DNA of 64,000 nt from Chitinophagales bacterium (GCA_038251405.1 JBBSBH010000001.1:49125-113124); one strand, 5' to 3'; positions 1 to 9,457 are shown, numbered from the stretch's first letter. Notes: generated by a model not told the origin, from the sequence alone. Made by a program: numbers and translations.

Positions 1-1003
1 CTTTTGGCAACTTTACTCCTATAATAGCAGCAATGGTGGGGAACCAGTCCATCTGTGTTGCAAGATCTTCATATACGGAACCCCGTGGAATCTTTCCCTT
101 CCACATGGCAACTGTAGGAACTCGCATACCTCCCTCAAAGGTTGTGTTTTTACCACCCCTGAGCGGACCCGCAGAACCTCCATATGCCTTCATGGCAAGC
201 CATGGGCCATTATCACTTGAAAAAATAATTAATGTATTTTCCATTAATCCTGATGCTTCAATTTTTTTGAGGACCTGGCCCACGCTCCAGTCCAACTCCT
301 GCACCACATCACCATATAATCCACGCCTGGAAGTTCCCAGAAAGTCTTTGGTAGCAGAGAGTGGCACATGGGGCATGTTGTGTGCCAAGTACAAAAAGAA
401 AGGTTTGCCCTTGTTTTTTTCGATGAATTTGAGAGCTTCGCCCGTGTAGGTCCTGGTGATTTCAGAAAGATTGACATCATAGGATACCACATCGTTATTT
501 CTCATGTAAACAATGCTTTCCATATCATGGCTGTAGGGAATTCCAAAATAAGTATCGAAGCCTTGTTGCAGCGGAAGAAATTCAAAGCGGTGACCCAAAT
601 GCCATTTGCCTACAATGCCCGTTGTATATTTCTTCTTTTTTAAAATCTCTGCAATGGTTGTTTCTTTAGAGGGCATGCCGGTAAAACTCTCTGGAAAAAA
701 AACATCATTGATACCCATCCTCTGGGGAAATCGTCCGGTCAGGAGTGCTGCCCTTGATGGACTGCACAAAGGCGAGGCAGAGTAGAAGGAGGAAAATTTG
801 ATTCCCTCACGGGCAATTTTATCAATATTTGGCGTCGCAATATCGTCTGCGCCGAAGCAAGAAATATCTCCATAACCCAAATCATCAGCAAAGATGTAAA
901 TGATGTTAGGAAAAGTATCCTTCTTTATGTCCATAGCCTTTATTTGCATTGAAGGAATTAGAACAAAGAAGAAAAGGTACCCGAAGCTTCTTTTGAAAAT
1001 CAT
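1..1003 (-). CDS. Sulfatase-family arylsulfatase (formylglycine type); 3' end lies beyond the window start
   Basis: Absent from the ORF track because there is no stop inside the window. My minus-strand translation from the ATG at 1003-1001 gives MIFKRSFGYLFFFVLIPSMQ (signal-like), then IIYIFADDLGYGDISCFGA. It also contains the sulfatase signature SPLCSPSRAALLTGR (CxPxR), GKWHLG and SSDNGPW. I checked the frame codon by codon for positions 2-250 and found no stop. Confidence 0.85.
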   Translation of the reverse strand, partial: MIFKRSFGYLFFFVLIPSMQIKAMDIKKDTFPNIIYIFADDLGYGDISCFGADDIATPNIDKIAREGIKFSSFYSASPLCSPSRAALLTGRFPQRMGINDVFFPESFTGMPSKETTIAEILKKKKYTTGIVGKWHLGHRFEFLPLQQGFDTYFGIPYSHDMESIVYMRNNDVVSYDVNLSEITRTYTGEALKFIEKNKGKPFFLYLAHNMPHVPLSATKDFLGTSRRGLYGDVVQELDWSVGQVLKKIEASGLMENTLIIFSSDNGPWLAMKAYGGSAGPLRGGKNTTFEGGMRVPTVAMWKGKIPRGSVYEDLATQMDWFPTIAAIIGVKLPK

Positions 1004-1390
1004 GAAGGAAATATTTAAATACGATCTAAGTATCAATAAAAGTATTAAAATTATTTGGATCCATAGAACCGCTTTTTTAGAAGTTCTTCCTCCCGTACAC
1101 CATTATCCCGAGGCTTATGAAGAATTAGTTTCCCTGGATGGCAACAGTTGGAAGGTTGTGCAAAAGATTCATATGATGCTTCCAATGTCGTGATATCGAT
1201 AAATCACATCCTGACGAAATTTTAAAAATCGTTCAAACGGGTAAATTAAAGGAAGGTCAAACATCGCCCTGGAGCATGCGTCAACTGAAGATTTTTACAT
1301 TTTCAAAGGAATTACCTTAGATCAGCAAAAAAGAAATTCCTAAATCTTATTAATGTTGGCTGCAATGTTTTTTCGTCATGGGCCGCATAG

Positions 1391-2088
1391 CTATGGGTTG
1401 CGCAAGGGAAACGAAGCCGCTAAAACGTGGCCGGCGCTTGCAGAAAAATGGTTGAAGAAAGTTGTAACAGGAAAACTTAAGCCGTAAAACTTATACTCAA
1501 TGAAATTTTTATTTATTGAATTCTCTTGAGCTTGATTTAATTGCTGTCGGAAAATCTTTTGGAATTTTTGAGTCACCTTACCTGTTGCGGTCCACTCATC
1601 ACCTCTTTGCAAACAAGAAATAGATCCCACGCCTTCCACTGAATAATCAGCATGGCCCATTGGCGTATGAAATATTCGTCCTTTACCGTATTGAAACGTC
1701 ATAAGCATTGGTTCGCTTCGTCCGGTACCTTTAATTCATTGGAGGAATATGCTGCTGCCAATACTTCCATGTTATGTGCAGGTCACCGCAATTTGCTATA
1801 AAGTTCATCTTTGGTATGGAGCCATTTCAGGGGCATTCCTTTTGTTATCGGATGATTTGGATTTCGAATGGTAATTTCAAACTCGTGTTGCGGGCCTTGT
1901 TCGCCAGCCTTTCCTGAAGCAGTATCGTTTATCAATTTTCCTTTGTCATCATAATAAACATAGGGGCCGTCCTTTTCGTTACGGTCGCCCCATCCTCCGA
2001 GTCCAATCATTTCATTAAAGAGTTTCCACCTTGCTTGCTGTTCCAGAAAAAAACACACCCGTGGCCGGCGTTTTCCTCCACCGGCCAC
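1391..2088 (-). pseudogene. ThuA-like domain protein, decayed (5' truncated, in-frame TGA, frameshift)
   Basis: ORFs 1783..2088 and 1391..1708 together read NEMIGLGGWGDRNEKDGPYVYY...[35 protein letters not shown]..., then after a frameshift GTGRSEPMLMTFQYGKGRIFHTPMGHADYS...TATGKVTQ. The TGA sits where Gly (GGA) is expected. The N-terminal third of the domain is missing at about 2089. Confidence 0.7.
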
Positions 2089-2118
2089 TCGAGTTATCGA
2101 TTAGCTTACTGGTAACAT

Positions 2119-2716
2119 ATGCCGGCGTTCATCACTGAATTTCCTCAATTCTTTACTGCAAGTATAAAGGGATGGTATAAATTATTACAACACGACCAAT
2201 ACAAAGACATCATTGTTAACAGTCTTTGTTTCGTGGTAGGTGATAAGCGTATTAAACTGTTTGCCTTTGTTATCATGCCGGATCATATTCATTTAATTTG
2301 GCAGATGCTTCCCTTAATAAATCCGCAAGATGTGCAACGGGATTTTCTGAAATATACAGCGCAACGAATCAAACATGACCTGCAAAAAACTCATCCTGAC
2401 CAATTATCACATTTTGAAACCAAGCAATGATCGAATTTTTAAGTTTTGGAAACGAAGGGCATTGAGTATTGAATTAAGAACACATAAAGCCTATCTACAA
2501 AAACCGAATTATATACATTACAATCCGGTAAAAGTAGGTATTTGTAAACTGCAGGAAGAGTACAAATATTCATCGGCCATGTTTTATCAAACGGGGGTTG
2601 ACAATTGGGGCTTTCTTTCCGATAGAATTAAAAGGGGAATCAATAAGAAAGAAAAAATAAAACTCATCGGACTAAATACTAATTTTGAAACTAAAATCAA
2701 TCAATACGTTCTTTAA
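2119..2716 (+). pseudogene. IS200-like / REP-associated (RayT-like) Y1 HUH tyrosine transposase, frameshifted
   Basis: ORFs 2119..2430 and 2375..2716 are two frames of one gene. It has the HUH motif MPDHIHLIW and the catalytic-Tyr region YIHYNPVKVG. The frame breaks around 2405-2430 (LSHFETKQ* versus NDRIFKFWKRRALSIEL). Confidence 0.65.
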
Positions 2717-2759
2717 ACTACTTAAGCCATCCCATAAGGGGGGTCAGCTTCGCCGGAAT

Positions 2760-3661
2760 TTACAGATGTGGTGGTAGCATCATAAAAGCTATGATGTCGG
2801 ATATATTTGTTTTGCGATTTCTATTACTGAGATAGCCATAACTTCTTATTTTGGTAAAGTATTTGGGTAATATATGTTGCTCGAATCGTCTGATAAATTC
2901 TGCGGCATGTAGCTGCATTTGTTTTATCTGAATATCCTCTTTGTAATCTTAATAATCAAATGTGATGGTATCTAGGATGGTATCTAGGATGGTATCAATA
3001 CTTTTTATTCTATTTTTGGAGATGGCAACTTTATGAGTATACCTTTCCAAATATTCAATGACTTGCTGTCGTCCACCAAAAAGTTTTTTTGCATAGACAA
3101 TCCAATCTTTTTTGAATATCAAGTTGACAAGTTGAGTTAGATCAAAAATCAGGGGGGTAAGGCTATCTTCTTGTCCGCTACTAATTTTTTTAAGGTTTGA
3201 AGATATTTGGCTCTGAATACCATGGCCATAGCTTTGACATGAAATATGAAGTCATCTTTATTCCTACTTGCATTTTTCCAAGATAGATTGTTTTTGTTTT
3301 TACTATACGACCACCAACTAATAATACAATGAAGATGAGCCTGCCGGCTGGCAAAGGCAGGGGTAAAAACTGAGTTGCTGACCCCATGTGTGAAGTATAG
3401 CTAATATGCCAGGAATGGCTCCCAGGTGAGTAGGATTCTGATAGAAGCGAAGCAATGTATCAGCTGCTGCATCAAAAAGTCCATTGAATAGAATTTTACG
3501 ATTGCCGAGAATGATGCTATTTAATTCATAAGGTAAGGTAAAGACGACATGATAATAAGAGATCGGTAACAGCTCATACTCTCTATCTTCGACCCATTGT
3601 TCTTTTAGTACAAAGCCACAGGCTGGGCAATGTCTGTTTCTGCAACTATGGTATTGATATT
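2760..3661 (-). mobile_element. IS91-family transposase remnant (N-terminally truncated, frameshifted, in-frame TAA)
   Basis: The minus-strand translation begins KYQYHSCRNRHCPACGFVLKEQWVEDREYELLPISYYHVVFTLPYELN...LHTWGQQL. Later it reads FIFHVKAMAMVFRAKYL, WIVYAKKLFGGRQQVIEYLERYTHKVAISKNRI and TFDY*DYKEDIQIKQMQLHAAEFIRRFEQHILPKYFTKIRSYGYLSN. There are several frame changes and one TAA where Lys is expected. Confidence 0.75.
2964..2999. repeat. 12-bp tandem repeat x3 (gatggtatctag, gatggtatctag, gatggtatcaat)
   Basis: Read directly from the sequence. In the IS91 frame it encodes DTIL-DTIL-DTIT, an in-frame 4-aa reiteration. Confidence 0.9.
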
Positions 3662-4590
3662 TTAGTTTATTGCAGCTTTATCATATCCAAGACCTGTTGT
3701 GCCATACATTCCAATAAGATTAAAAGATGGTAAAAATTTTGATTTATTAAGTGTGCTTAGTTCACTCCACAATATGCGGTTTTGCATTTTTATTATTCGA
3801 ACATCTAAAGTTGATGAAAGTGTGTATTTATTCGAGCTTTGATATTCTATGTTTGGTTCAATTTGCAGATTTTGTTCGATAGAAATACCCATAATAAATT
3901 TCAACGCATTTAATATTTGCTCGTATTTACTTCTGATATTTTCTTTTTGTGTAGTTTATTGTGCAACTTGTAATTTCACCTTACTTACATCAGTTCCTTT
4001 GGCAAGCAATTGTTCATTCAGCAATTCCATATTTTTTACAACTCTCTCTGCGATTAAAAGATTGCTATAAATAAAAGCCACTTGATGATGCAAAATTTGA
4101 GCGTTGTAATACAGATTTGAGATTTCAAAACTGATTTGCTCTTCGGTTTTTGGTTATTGTAATTCAGTTAATTCCGATGCAATTTTTGTGGTTTGAATTG
4201 CGCCGTAAACCTGCGGATTATACAATAGCATTGACAACTGTAAGTTTGCATTAATGTTGCGTGACACACCAAATTGGATTGCTTTGTATTCCCATTCTGG
4301 TGCTGATGGATTAAACCTGTTCAAAGGCATTAAATGGTAAGGCAGATTAGTGAAATATTGTAATCAGCATTTGCCGTAACCTTGGGAATTAAATTGGCTT
4401 TGGCTTCTTTTTCCCTTTGCTCACCAATAGAAATAATGTTTCTACTCATTTGCAGGTTTTTATTGTGAACCTGTGCGGTGTCAATGCACTGTTGCATTGT
4501 ACAAACTTGTGCTTGTGTTGTTTGAAGCCTCTTGTAAAAAGCAGGAGAATTAGCAATTGTTCGTGAATGTTCACTAACTTCATAGGTCAA
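3662..4590 (-). pseudogene. TolC-like outer membrane efflux protein, N-terminal half only, decayed
   Basis: ORF 4330..4590 reads ...KEAKANLIPKVTANADYN. After a frameshift near 4330, one frame runs to 3662 with two in-frame TAA stops (TELQ*PKTEEQISFEISNLYYNAQ and KLQVAQ*TTQKENIRSKYEQ). It ends ...LPSFNLIGMYGTTGLGYDKAAIN* exactly where the IS91 remnant begins. Confidence 0.65.
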
Positions 4591-4595
4591 TTATT

Positions 4596-4883
4596 TTACT
4601 TGATGAGTATTAATTGACTTTCAATTGTTCCTTCAACCCAATGTTTTACCATTGGTTCGATGGTTACATAGTCCCCTTGCATTAATGTTTCTCTTATACC
4701 TTTTTCATTTTCAAAAATCACTTGCCCTTCCATACAAATCAAAAGTGCAGATGTTTTGGTGATATGTTTATTTAATTTTTCGCCTTGCAAAATTTTTATT
4801 GCAGTCGCATTGCCCAATTTACTTTTGAAAAGAGAAGTTGTTGAAACTGGTTTTTCTTGTGTGTGTAATTCTTTTATGTTCAT
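4596..4883 (-). CDS. Cupin domain protein
   Basis: 95-aa ORF of small beta-barrel size. The core reads HITKTSALLICMEGQVIFENEKG...GDYVTIEPMVKHWVEG. It is tightly packed in a co-directional operon. Confidence 0.6.
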   Translation of the reverse strand: MNIKELHTQEKPVSTTSLFKSKLGNATAIKILQGEKLNKHITKTSALLICMEGQVIFENEKGIRETLMQGDYVTIEPMVKHWVEGTIESQLILIK

Positions 4884-4895
4884 AGAGGATTTTGA

Positions 4896-5285
4896 TTAAA
4901 TGTTGTTTAGAACAATCATAAGTTTTTCCTGCACTTCGATGGCTGCAATTTCTAGTTTTTTGTTCCCAATAGCACTCATAGCTACTGATGGCGCAATCAT
5001 TGCAATTTCTACATCACCGTTGGCAAGTTCTCTTAAGGTTACATTGCAAGGCAACATGGTGCTAATGGTAGGTTCAATGCTCAAAACTTTATCGGCATAA
5101 ACAGGATTGCATGCACCTAAAATCACATGAGGTAAGTAGTCTTTATCCAGTTTCTTTTTCATTGTAGCTTGCAAATCAATTTCAGTTAGCACGCCAAAAC
5201 CTTCCTTTTTCAATTCTTCTTCTACCTTTGGGCGTATAGCTGTTATGGTAGTTCCAGAGATTGTTTTTGAATTGTAATATTTCAT
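4896..5285 (-). CDS. DUF302 domain protein
   Basis: 129 aa. GFGVLTEIDLQATMKKKLDKDYLPHVILGACNPVYA...MLPCNVTLRE matches the DUF302 pattern as I remember it. Confidence 0.7.
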   Translation of the reverse strand: MKYYNSKTISGTTITAIRPKVEEELKKEGFGVLTEIDLQATMKKKLDKDYLPHVILGACNPVYADKVLSIEPTISTMLPCNVTLRELANGDVEIAMIAPSVAMSAIGNKKLEIAAIEVQEKLMIVLNNI

Positions 5286-5296
5286 GTCTTTTGTTT

Positions 5297-5920
5297 TTAT
5301 TGTTTATTCATTTCGATTACAAAAATTCCCCTTATCTCATTTTCGGCATACCCAACGGCTTTGTCAGTAGGATATAGTTTTTTTATTTTTTTGAGTGTAG
5401 CCATATTTATTTCTTTATCAGGCTTTCCATGACATTGCATACACATTTGGTTGGTGATAATAGGATAATAACCCACCATTTTCCCATTACTTTCAGTAAC
5501 AAATGGAGGTTGCTCTTCTCCACTTGCATGAGCGTTTTTCCATTTTTTGATGTAAGAAAATTCAGCTTCGTTAGCCAAATTAGCAGGATTTCGTGGCTGA
5601 TCGCTCACCCGTTTTATTTTAGCATCCAATTCTAGCGACATGCTATCGGTAACTGGAATAGCTTTGGTGTTACAAAATTCAACTGCTCCTTCTGCTCCTC
5701 GCTCGCTTATGGCAGTAACTAAATATTTTGCTAAGCTTGATTTAGTTCGCATGGATAGCTCCTTACCTGTTTCAAGGTAATTTGTTTCGGTAGATGGTAA
5801 GGTGTTTGCACGCTTTTCCGTATCATTATTTTTTTGGTTATTAACCTGATTTTCTGTGCAGCTGTATAGCACCATTATTCCGCTAATTATTACCGCTACA
5901 ATTACTAATAAAAATTTCAT
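5297..5920 (-). CDS. DUF3365 / Tll0287-like exported protein with a c-type heme motif
   Basis: 207 aa with a signal/lipobox (VLYSCT). Contains RVSDQPRNPANLANEAE, the CxxCH motif CMQCHG, and YPTDKAVGYAENEIRGIFVIEM. Confidence 0.7.
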   Translation of the reverse strand: MKFLLVIVAVIISGIMVLYSCTENQVNNQKNNDTEKRANTLPSTETNYLETGKELSMRTKSSLAKYLVTAISERGAEGAVEFCNTKAIPVTDSMSLELDAKIKRVSDQPRNPANLANEAEFSYIKKWKNAHASGEEQPPFVTESNGKMVGYYPIITNQMCMQCHGKPDKEINMATLKKIKKLYPTDKAVGYAENEIRGIFVIEMNKQ

Positions 5921-6378
5921 TCGAAATAAGTGTTAAAGAGGATGAATGATGTTTTTATTTTCTGGTAAACTGCAGCGGATTCCTGTTCTTTTTTACTATC
6001 AGAGAACTCGTCTGATAATTCTATAAAAGGTAACAACCATTTGTGTAATTCATCATGTGATTGGCCTTTCATCGTGCAGTTGGATGCAAGCAATTCAATG
6101 TTGCTTTTTATTTTTTCAGCAAGCCCAACATAATCATTAGTGCTTTTTACTTCAAATGCATTGACATCGCCTTCCATGTTTCGAATATGAATTATCATAC
6201 TGTCATCAACTTTCCATTTTACGCCATTGTTAAGTTCAATGGATTTCATTTCATCGTTGTGCTGATGTTCTTCGTGAGTTACGGTTTCAGATTGCTCTTT
6301 TGATTTTTCTTTAATTGTGTTGCCGCAACTATAAAGAAATAAGCTTATAGCTATAAGTGAAATTGTTATCGTTTTCAT
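5917..6378 (-). CDS. His-rich lipoprotein, unknown function (metal-island associated)
   Basis: 153 aa with lipobox FLYSCG. Contains THEEHQHNDE and CTMKGQSHDELHKWLLPF. It has 4-nt ATGA-type overlaps with both neighbours. Confidence 0.6.
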   Translation of the reverse strand: MKTITISLIAISLFLYSCGNTIKEKSKEQSETVTHEEHQHNDEMKSIELNNGVKWKVDDSMIIHIRNMEGDVNAFEVKSTNDYVGLAEKIKSNIELLASNCTMKGQSHDELHKWLLPFIELSDEFSDSKKEQESAAVYQKIKTSFILFNTYFE

Positions 6379-6764
6379 TTTTTCTTTTTTGAAATGGTGA
6401 AATATGCAAGAATTGCAAATAAAAGCGTTACGGAAATTCTAAAAATCATTGCACCTATAGTCTTTGTTTCATAGATACCGCCTGAACTTGCGTAAAATTT
6501 AAGCCCGATAAAGGCTGCTATTAGAATGAGAGCTGAAATGCCTAAAAGAGAAGTAGTCCATTTCTTGCTTTTAAGAAACCCATAAGCTGCGAAGAGGTAA
6601 AGAATGCTACTGATGAAATTTGACCAAACAACAAACAAAACATAATTTCCCTCTTTGGCTCTAATGCCAAACAAATCAAATATTACAGATGTGCTTAGAA
6701 AAAGAGTAAGCAAACCAAATCCTACTAAGAAGGTTGCAAATAAATAAGGAAGTATTTTTTTCAT
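6375..6764 (-). CDS. Small integral membrane protein (about 4 TM)
   Basis: 129 aa with four hydrophobic segments and a KKKK tail. It starts 2 nt after the TetR stop. Confidence 0.6.
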   Translation of the reverse strand: MKKILPYLFATFLVGFGLLTLFLSTSVIFDLFGIRAKEGNYVLFVVWSNFISSILYLFAAYGFLKSKKWTTSLLGISALILIAAFIGLKFYASSGGIYETKTIGAMIFRISVTLLFAILAYFTISKKKK

Positions 6765-6766
6765 TT

Positions 6767-7357
6767 CTATTTGGTTTTGATTAATGTTAAAACCGATTGT
6801 ATCATATTTTCTCCGTTTCTGCTTATGTCAAATTGAAAATTGGCAACTCTCCACTTAAACATTTGTAGTCGGAAAGTTCCCATCACGATATGTATTAATT
6901 CATCGGATGTTATAGCATTTGTAAAAACTTTCTTTTGTTGTCCTTCCAAAATAATAGGCATCAAATGTTTCATTTTTACGCCCATTATTTTCAATATGGT
7001 TTCGTTGATGCGTTGGCTTTCTTCCAGAAGACCGTCAGAAAAAACCGCAACTACAAAGTGTGGTTTCTTTTTAAAAAATGAAAACTGAATTTGAAAAAGT
7101 GTTATGAATTTTTCTTCAGGTGTTTGTTCAACTGAAATTGCATTCGTATAGCGTTCATCCATACTCCTAGCAAGATATTCTAGTAAGGTAATAATTATTT
7201 CTTCCTTGCTTGTAAAGTGTCTATAAATGGCACTTTCAGAAAACTTCATTTCCTTAGCTAGGTTTTTAATGGTCAAGCCACTAATTCCCAAAGCAGTGAG
7301 TATTTTCCCTGCTGCTTCTATAATTTCAAGTTGCCTATCAGAAATTGTTGTTGTCAT
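6767..7357 (-). CDS. TetR/AcrR family transcriptional regulator
   Basis: 196 aa. The N-terminal HTH reads GISGLTIKNLAKEMKFSESAIYRHFTSKEEII. Confidence 0.85.
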   Translation of the reverse strand: MTTTISDRQLEIIEAAGKILTALGISGLTIKNLAKEMKFSESAIYRHFTSKEEIIITLLEYLARSMDERYTNAISVEQTPEEKFITLFQIQFSFFKKKPHFVVAVFSDGLLEESQRINETILKIMGVKMKHLMPIILEGQQKKVFTNAITSDELIHIVMGTFRLQMFKWRVANFQFDISRNGENMIQSVLTLIKTK

Positions 7358-7360
7358 TTG

Positions 7361-7755
7361 TTATTTTTTTATGAATGAAGAATACATCCATATTTGCTTT
7401 TCCTGAAAACGGATGTAGTCGCTCATTAAAACATTTGTTCAACTGCAACTAAACCGTCTGAAATTTTCTTGCTTTCTTTAATAGTTGAGGACTTTTCATA
7501 TTGAGAATAACTGTGTTCAGGTGTATGTCCCAAGGTTAATATACATTCAGCCACTTCATCAATTTTCAGTGACAAATCATTGTAGAGTTCTTCAAATTTT
7601 AAATGCAGTTCAAAAAACATTTCACCTTTAATGTTCCAGTGAAAACCTCTTGTGTTTTGATAGAAGATAGAATAGTTTGCCAATAACTCATTTAATTTTT
7701 TGGCTAAATCTTCGGCTTTGTCTTGGTATAAACCAATCGCATTAATATTTTTCAT
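7361..7755 (-). pseudogene. dps: Dps-family ferritin-like protein with an internal deletion and frameshift
   Basis: ORF 7426..7755 reads LNELLANYSIFYQNTRGFHWNIKGEMFFELHLKFEELY...SDGLVAVEQMF*. The expected C-terminus LMSDYIRFQEKQIWMYSSFIKK* is present directly downstream in another frame (stop 7361-7363). The helix in between is missing. Confidence 0.65.
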
Positions 7756-7780
7756 CTTTATTTGTTTTATAGTTTTTTAT

Positions 7781-8221
7781 TTACTCAGCACTGGATTTCA
7801 TTTTCAAAAAAGCAACACCTAACCAAATTACAGAGGCTGTCAATGCAACGGCACCAATTAATACTAATGCAGGAGGTAATCCAAAATACACCTCTGTTAA
7901 TATTCCTATTGGCATAAATAAACCTGTAAGTGCCAACCAAGAAATTACTTTCACATTTTGGAGCTTGTCTTTGAAATGGATTAAAAGATAACCGATGAGA
8001 ATATTTAGGAATGCAAATAAGTTTCCGTGAACGTGAGCTAATCTACTTTCAAAGTGTTTTCCGAAACTGTAAGAGTTTACCCATTCTTCTTTTCCCGGTG
8101 CAAAGTCACGCAGGTAAATTAAGAGAAAACCGTAAGCCATAAAAAGTCCCATTGTAAGGAAACCAATTGCGATGTTGTTTTTACCGTTCATTTTGGGTGT
8201 ATTAATTATGTAAGTGAACAT
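7781..8221 (-). CDS. Integral membrane protein, unknown function
   Basis: 146 aa with four hydrophobic helices. An alternative start at Met11 (8191) is possible. Confidence 0.55.
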   Translation of the reverse strand: MFTYIINTPKMNGKNNIAIGFLTMGLFMAYGFLLIYLRDFAPGKEEWVNSYSFGKHFESRLAHVHGNLFAFLNILIGYLLIHFKDKLQNVKVISWLALTGLFMPIGILTEVYFGLPPALVLIGAVALTASVIWLGVAFLKMKSSAE

Positions 8222-8340
8222 TCACTCTTCAAAGATAATTGAATTAAATGGACACTTGCAAGTTATTTCAAGAAAGCTTTAAAATATGACCAAAATCATC
8301 TGGTACGTTGGGGAATTGGCTCTTTTGGGGTTTGCCTGTT

Positions 8341-8460
8341 TGTCGGCTTGTGCGTAGGCGCAAACCACAAATATGCCAATATGGGCAGGCTCAAATTATT
8401 TATTAAAATGTGCGGTGGCAAAATTTTGAAAACCTTGTGTTGGCTTGAGTGTAGGCAAAC
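8341..8460. repeat. Pair of about 24-nt direct repeats TGTYGGCTTGWGYGTAGGC(GC)AAAC (8341-8365 and 8438-8460)
   Basis: Read directly from the sequence. They lie inside a roughly 1-kb stretch (8222-9274) with no ORF of 60 aa or more on either strand. Confidence 0.6.
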
Positions 8461-9274
8461 TGGTCTGGTTTGTGTCGTGTTACAGCGAAATTGTCAACTG
8501 ATTATTTGTCGTCCATAAGTTAGTTTGGAAATTAAAAGTTTGGTCGTTTTAGTGTCTGTTTTATGGTTGCACGGTCGTCCTTTAGGGTTGCCTATAACAT
8601 TTATGAAAGTATCCGACAGCCCCGAAAAATAGTAAGCTTATCAACAGGCTCATAAATGGCTGGCGGTATACTTTATGCTGACCGACTAGCAGAGACTTCT
8701 CTCTAAGGTAGAAGTAATGTTTGAGCCAAGATGGGGAAACAGGAATTTGCTTTGGTACTGAATCGAATAATTCATAATTGATGTCAAAATGTATTGTTTG
8801 GCTTATAAATGTAGATAAATTTGAAGAGTTTAGATGGAGAAGGGAAATTATTTTGAGAATAGAAAAAGCATTACCCTTTGCATTAAAGCATTAAAAAGAA
8901 ATGAATCATAAAACTCTACAAATTTCAAAATCTAATGTAGCACTTACCCATTCAATAATATATTCTGATGAAAAGTGATGGCAACTAAAATTAAAGACGA
9001 CGGCATGCAATGAGGGCATTGATTGTAGGTGATTTTATGTTTTTCTAAAAAGTCTTACGTGCCAAAGTATTTTTACTTTATCAGGATGTTGTGGAAGCGT
9101 TTGTAGCATCATGAAAGTATGGTATCGCTGAACCCCTAAGATGCTATCGGGGCGGGCTTAAAAGTAAGCGAAAAAATTTGAGACTAATTCATTGGTCTGG
9201 CCGTATTGGTATTGGGATCCGATGATTATCGGATTTCGCCTACTTTTCTAAATGTTATCGGTAGTTTTACCATA

Positions 9275-9457
9275 CTACTTATTATTTTGCTTTAATTGAG
9301 TTATAAGCTCTTTTATTAATAATGCAGTCGAAGCTCCGATAAGGGATATTGATAGGAACTGAATTAGTCTTATTTTTTCATTTCCAGTCAACCTGATGTA
9401 ATTACCAATTGTCAGAATAAGGACAAATGCCAAAAGTAAAATCCTTCTATTTTTCAT
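9275..9457 (-). CDS. Small membrane protein (2 TM)
   Basis: 60 aa with two hydrophobic segments. The call rests only on the ORF and hydrophobicity. Confidence 0.4.
   Translation of the reverse strand: MKNRRILLLAFVLILTIGNYIRLTGNEKIRLIQFLSISLIGASTALLIKELITQLKQNNK

Noticed and set aside
33-1193. Plus-strand ORFs 33..449, 368..643 and 900..1193, and minus-strand ORF 244..492
   Set aside because: All lie inside or overlap the well-supported minus-strand sulfatase frame (CSPSR motif). They have no recognisable motifs and are shadow frames.
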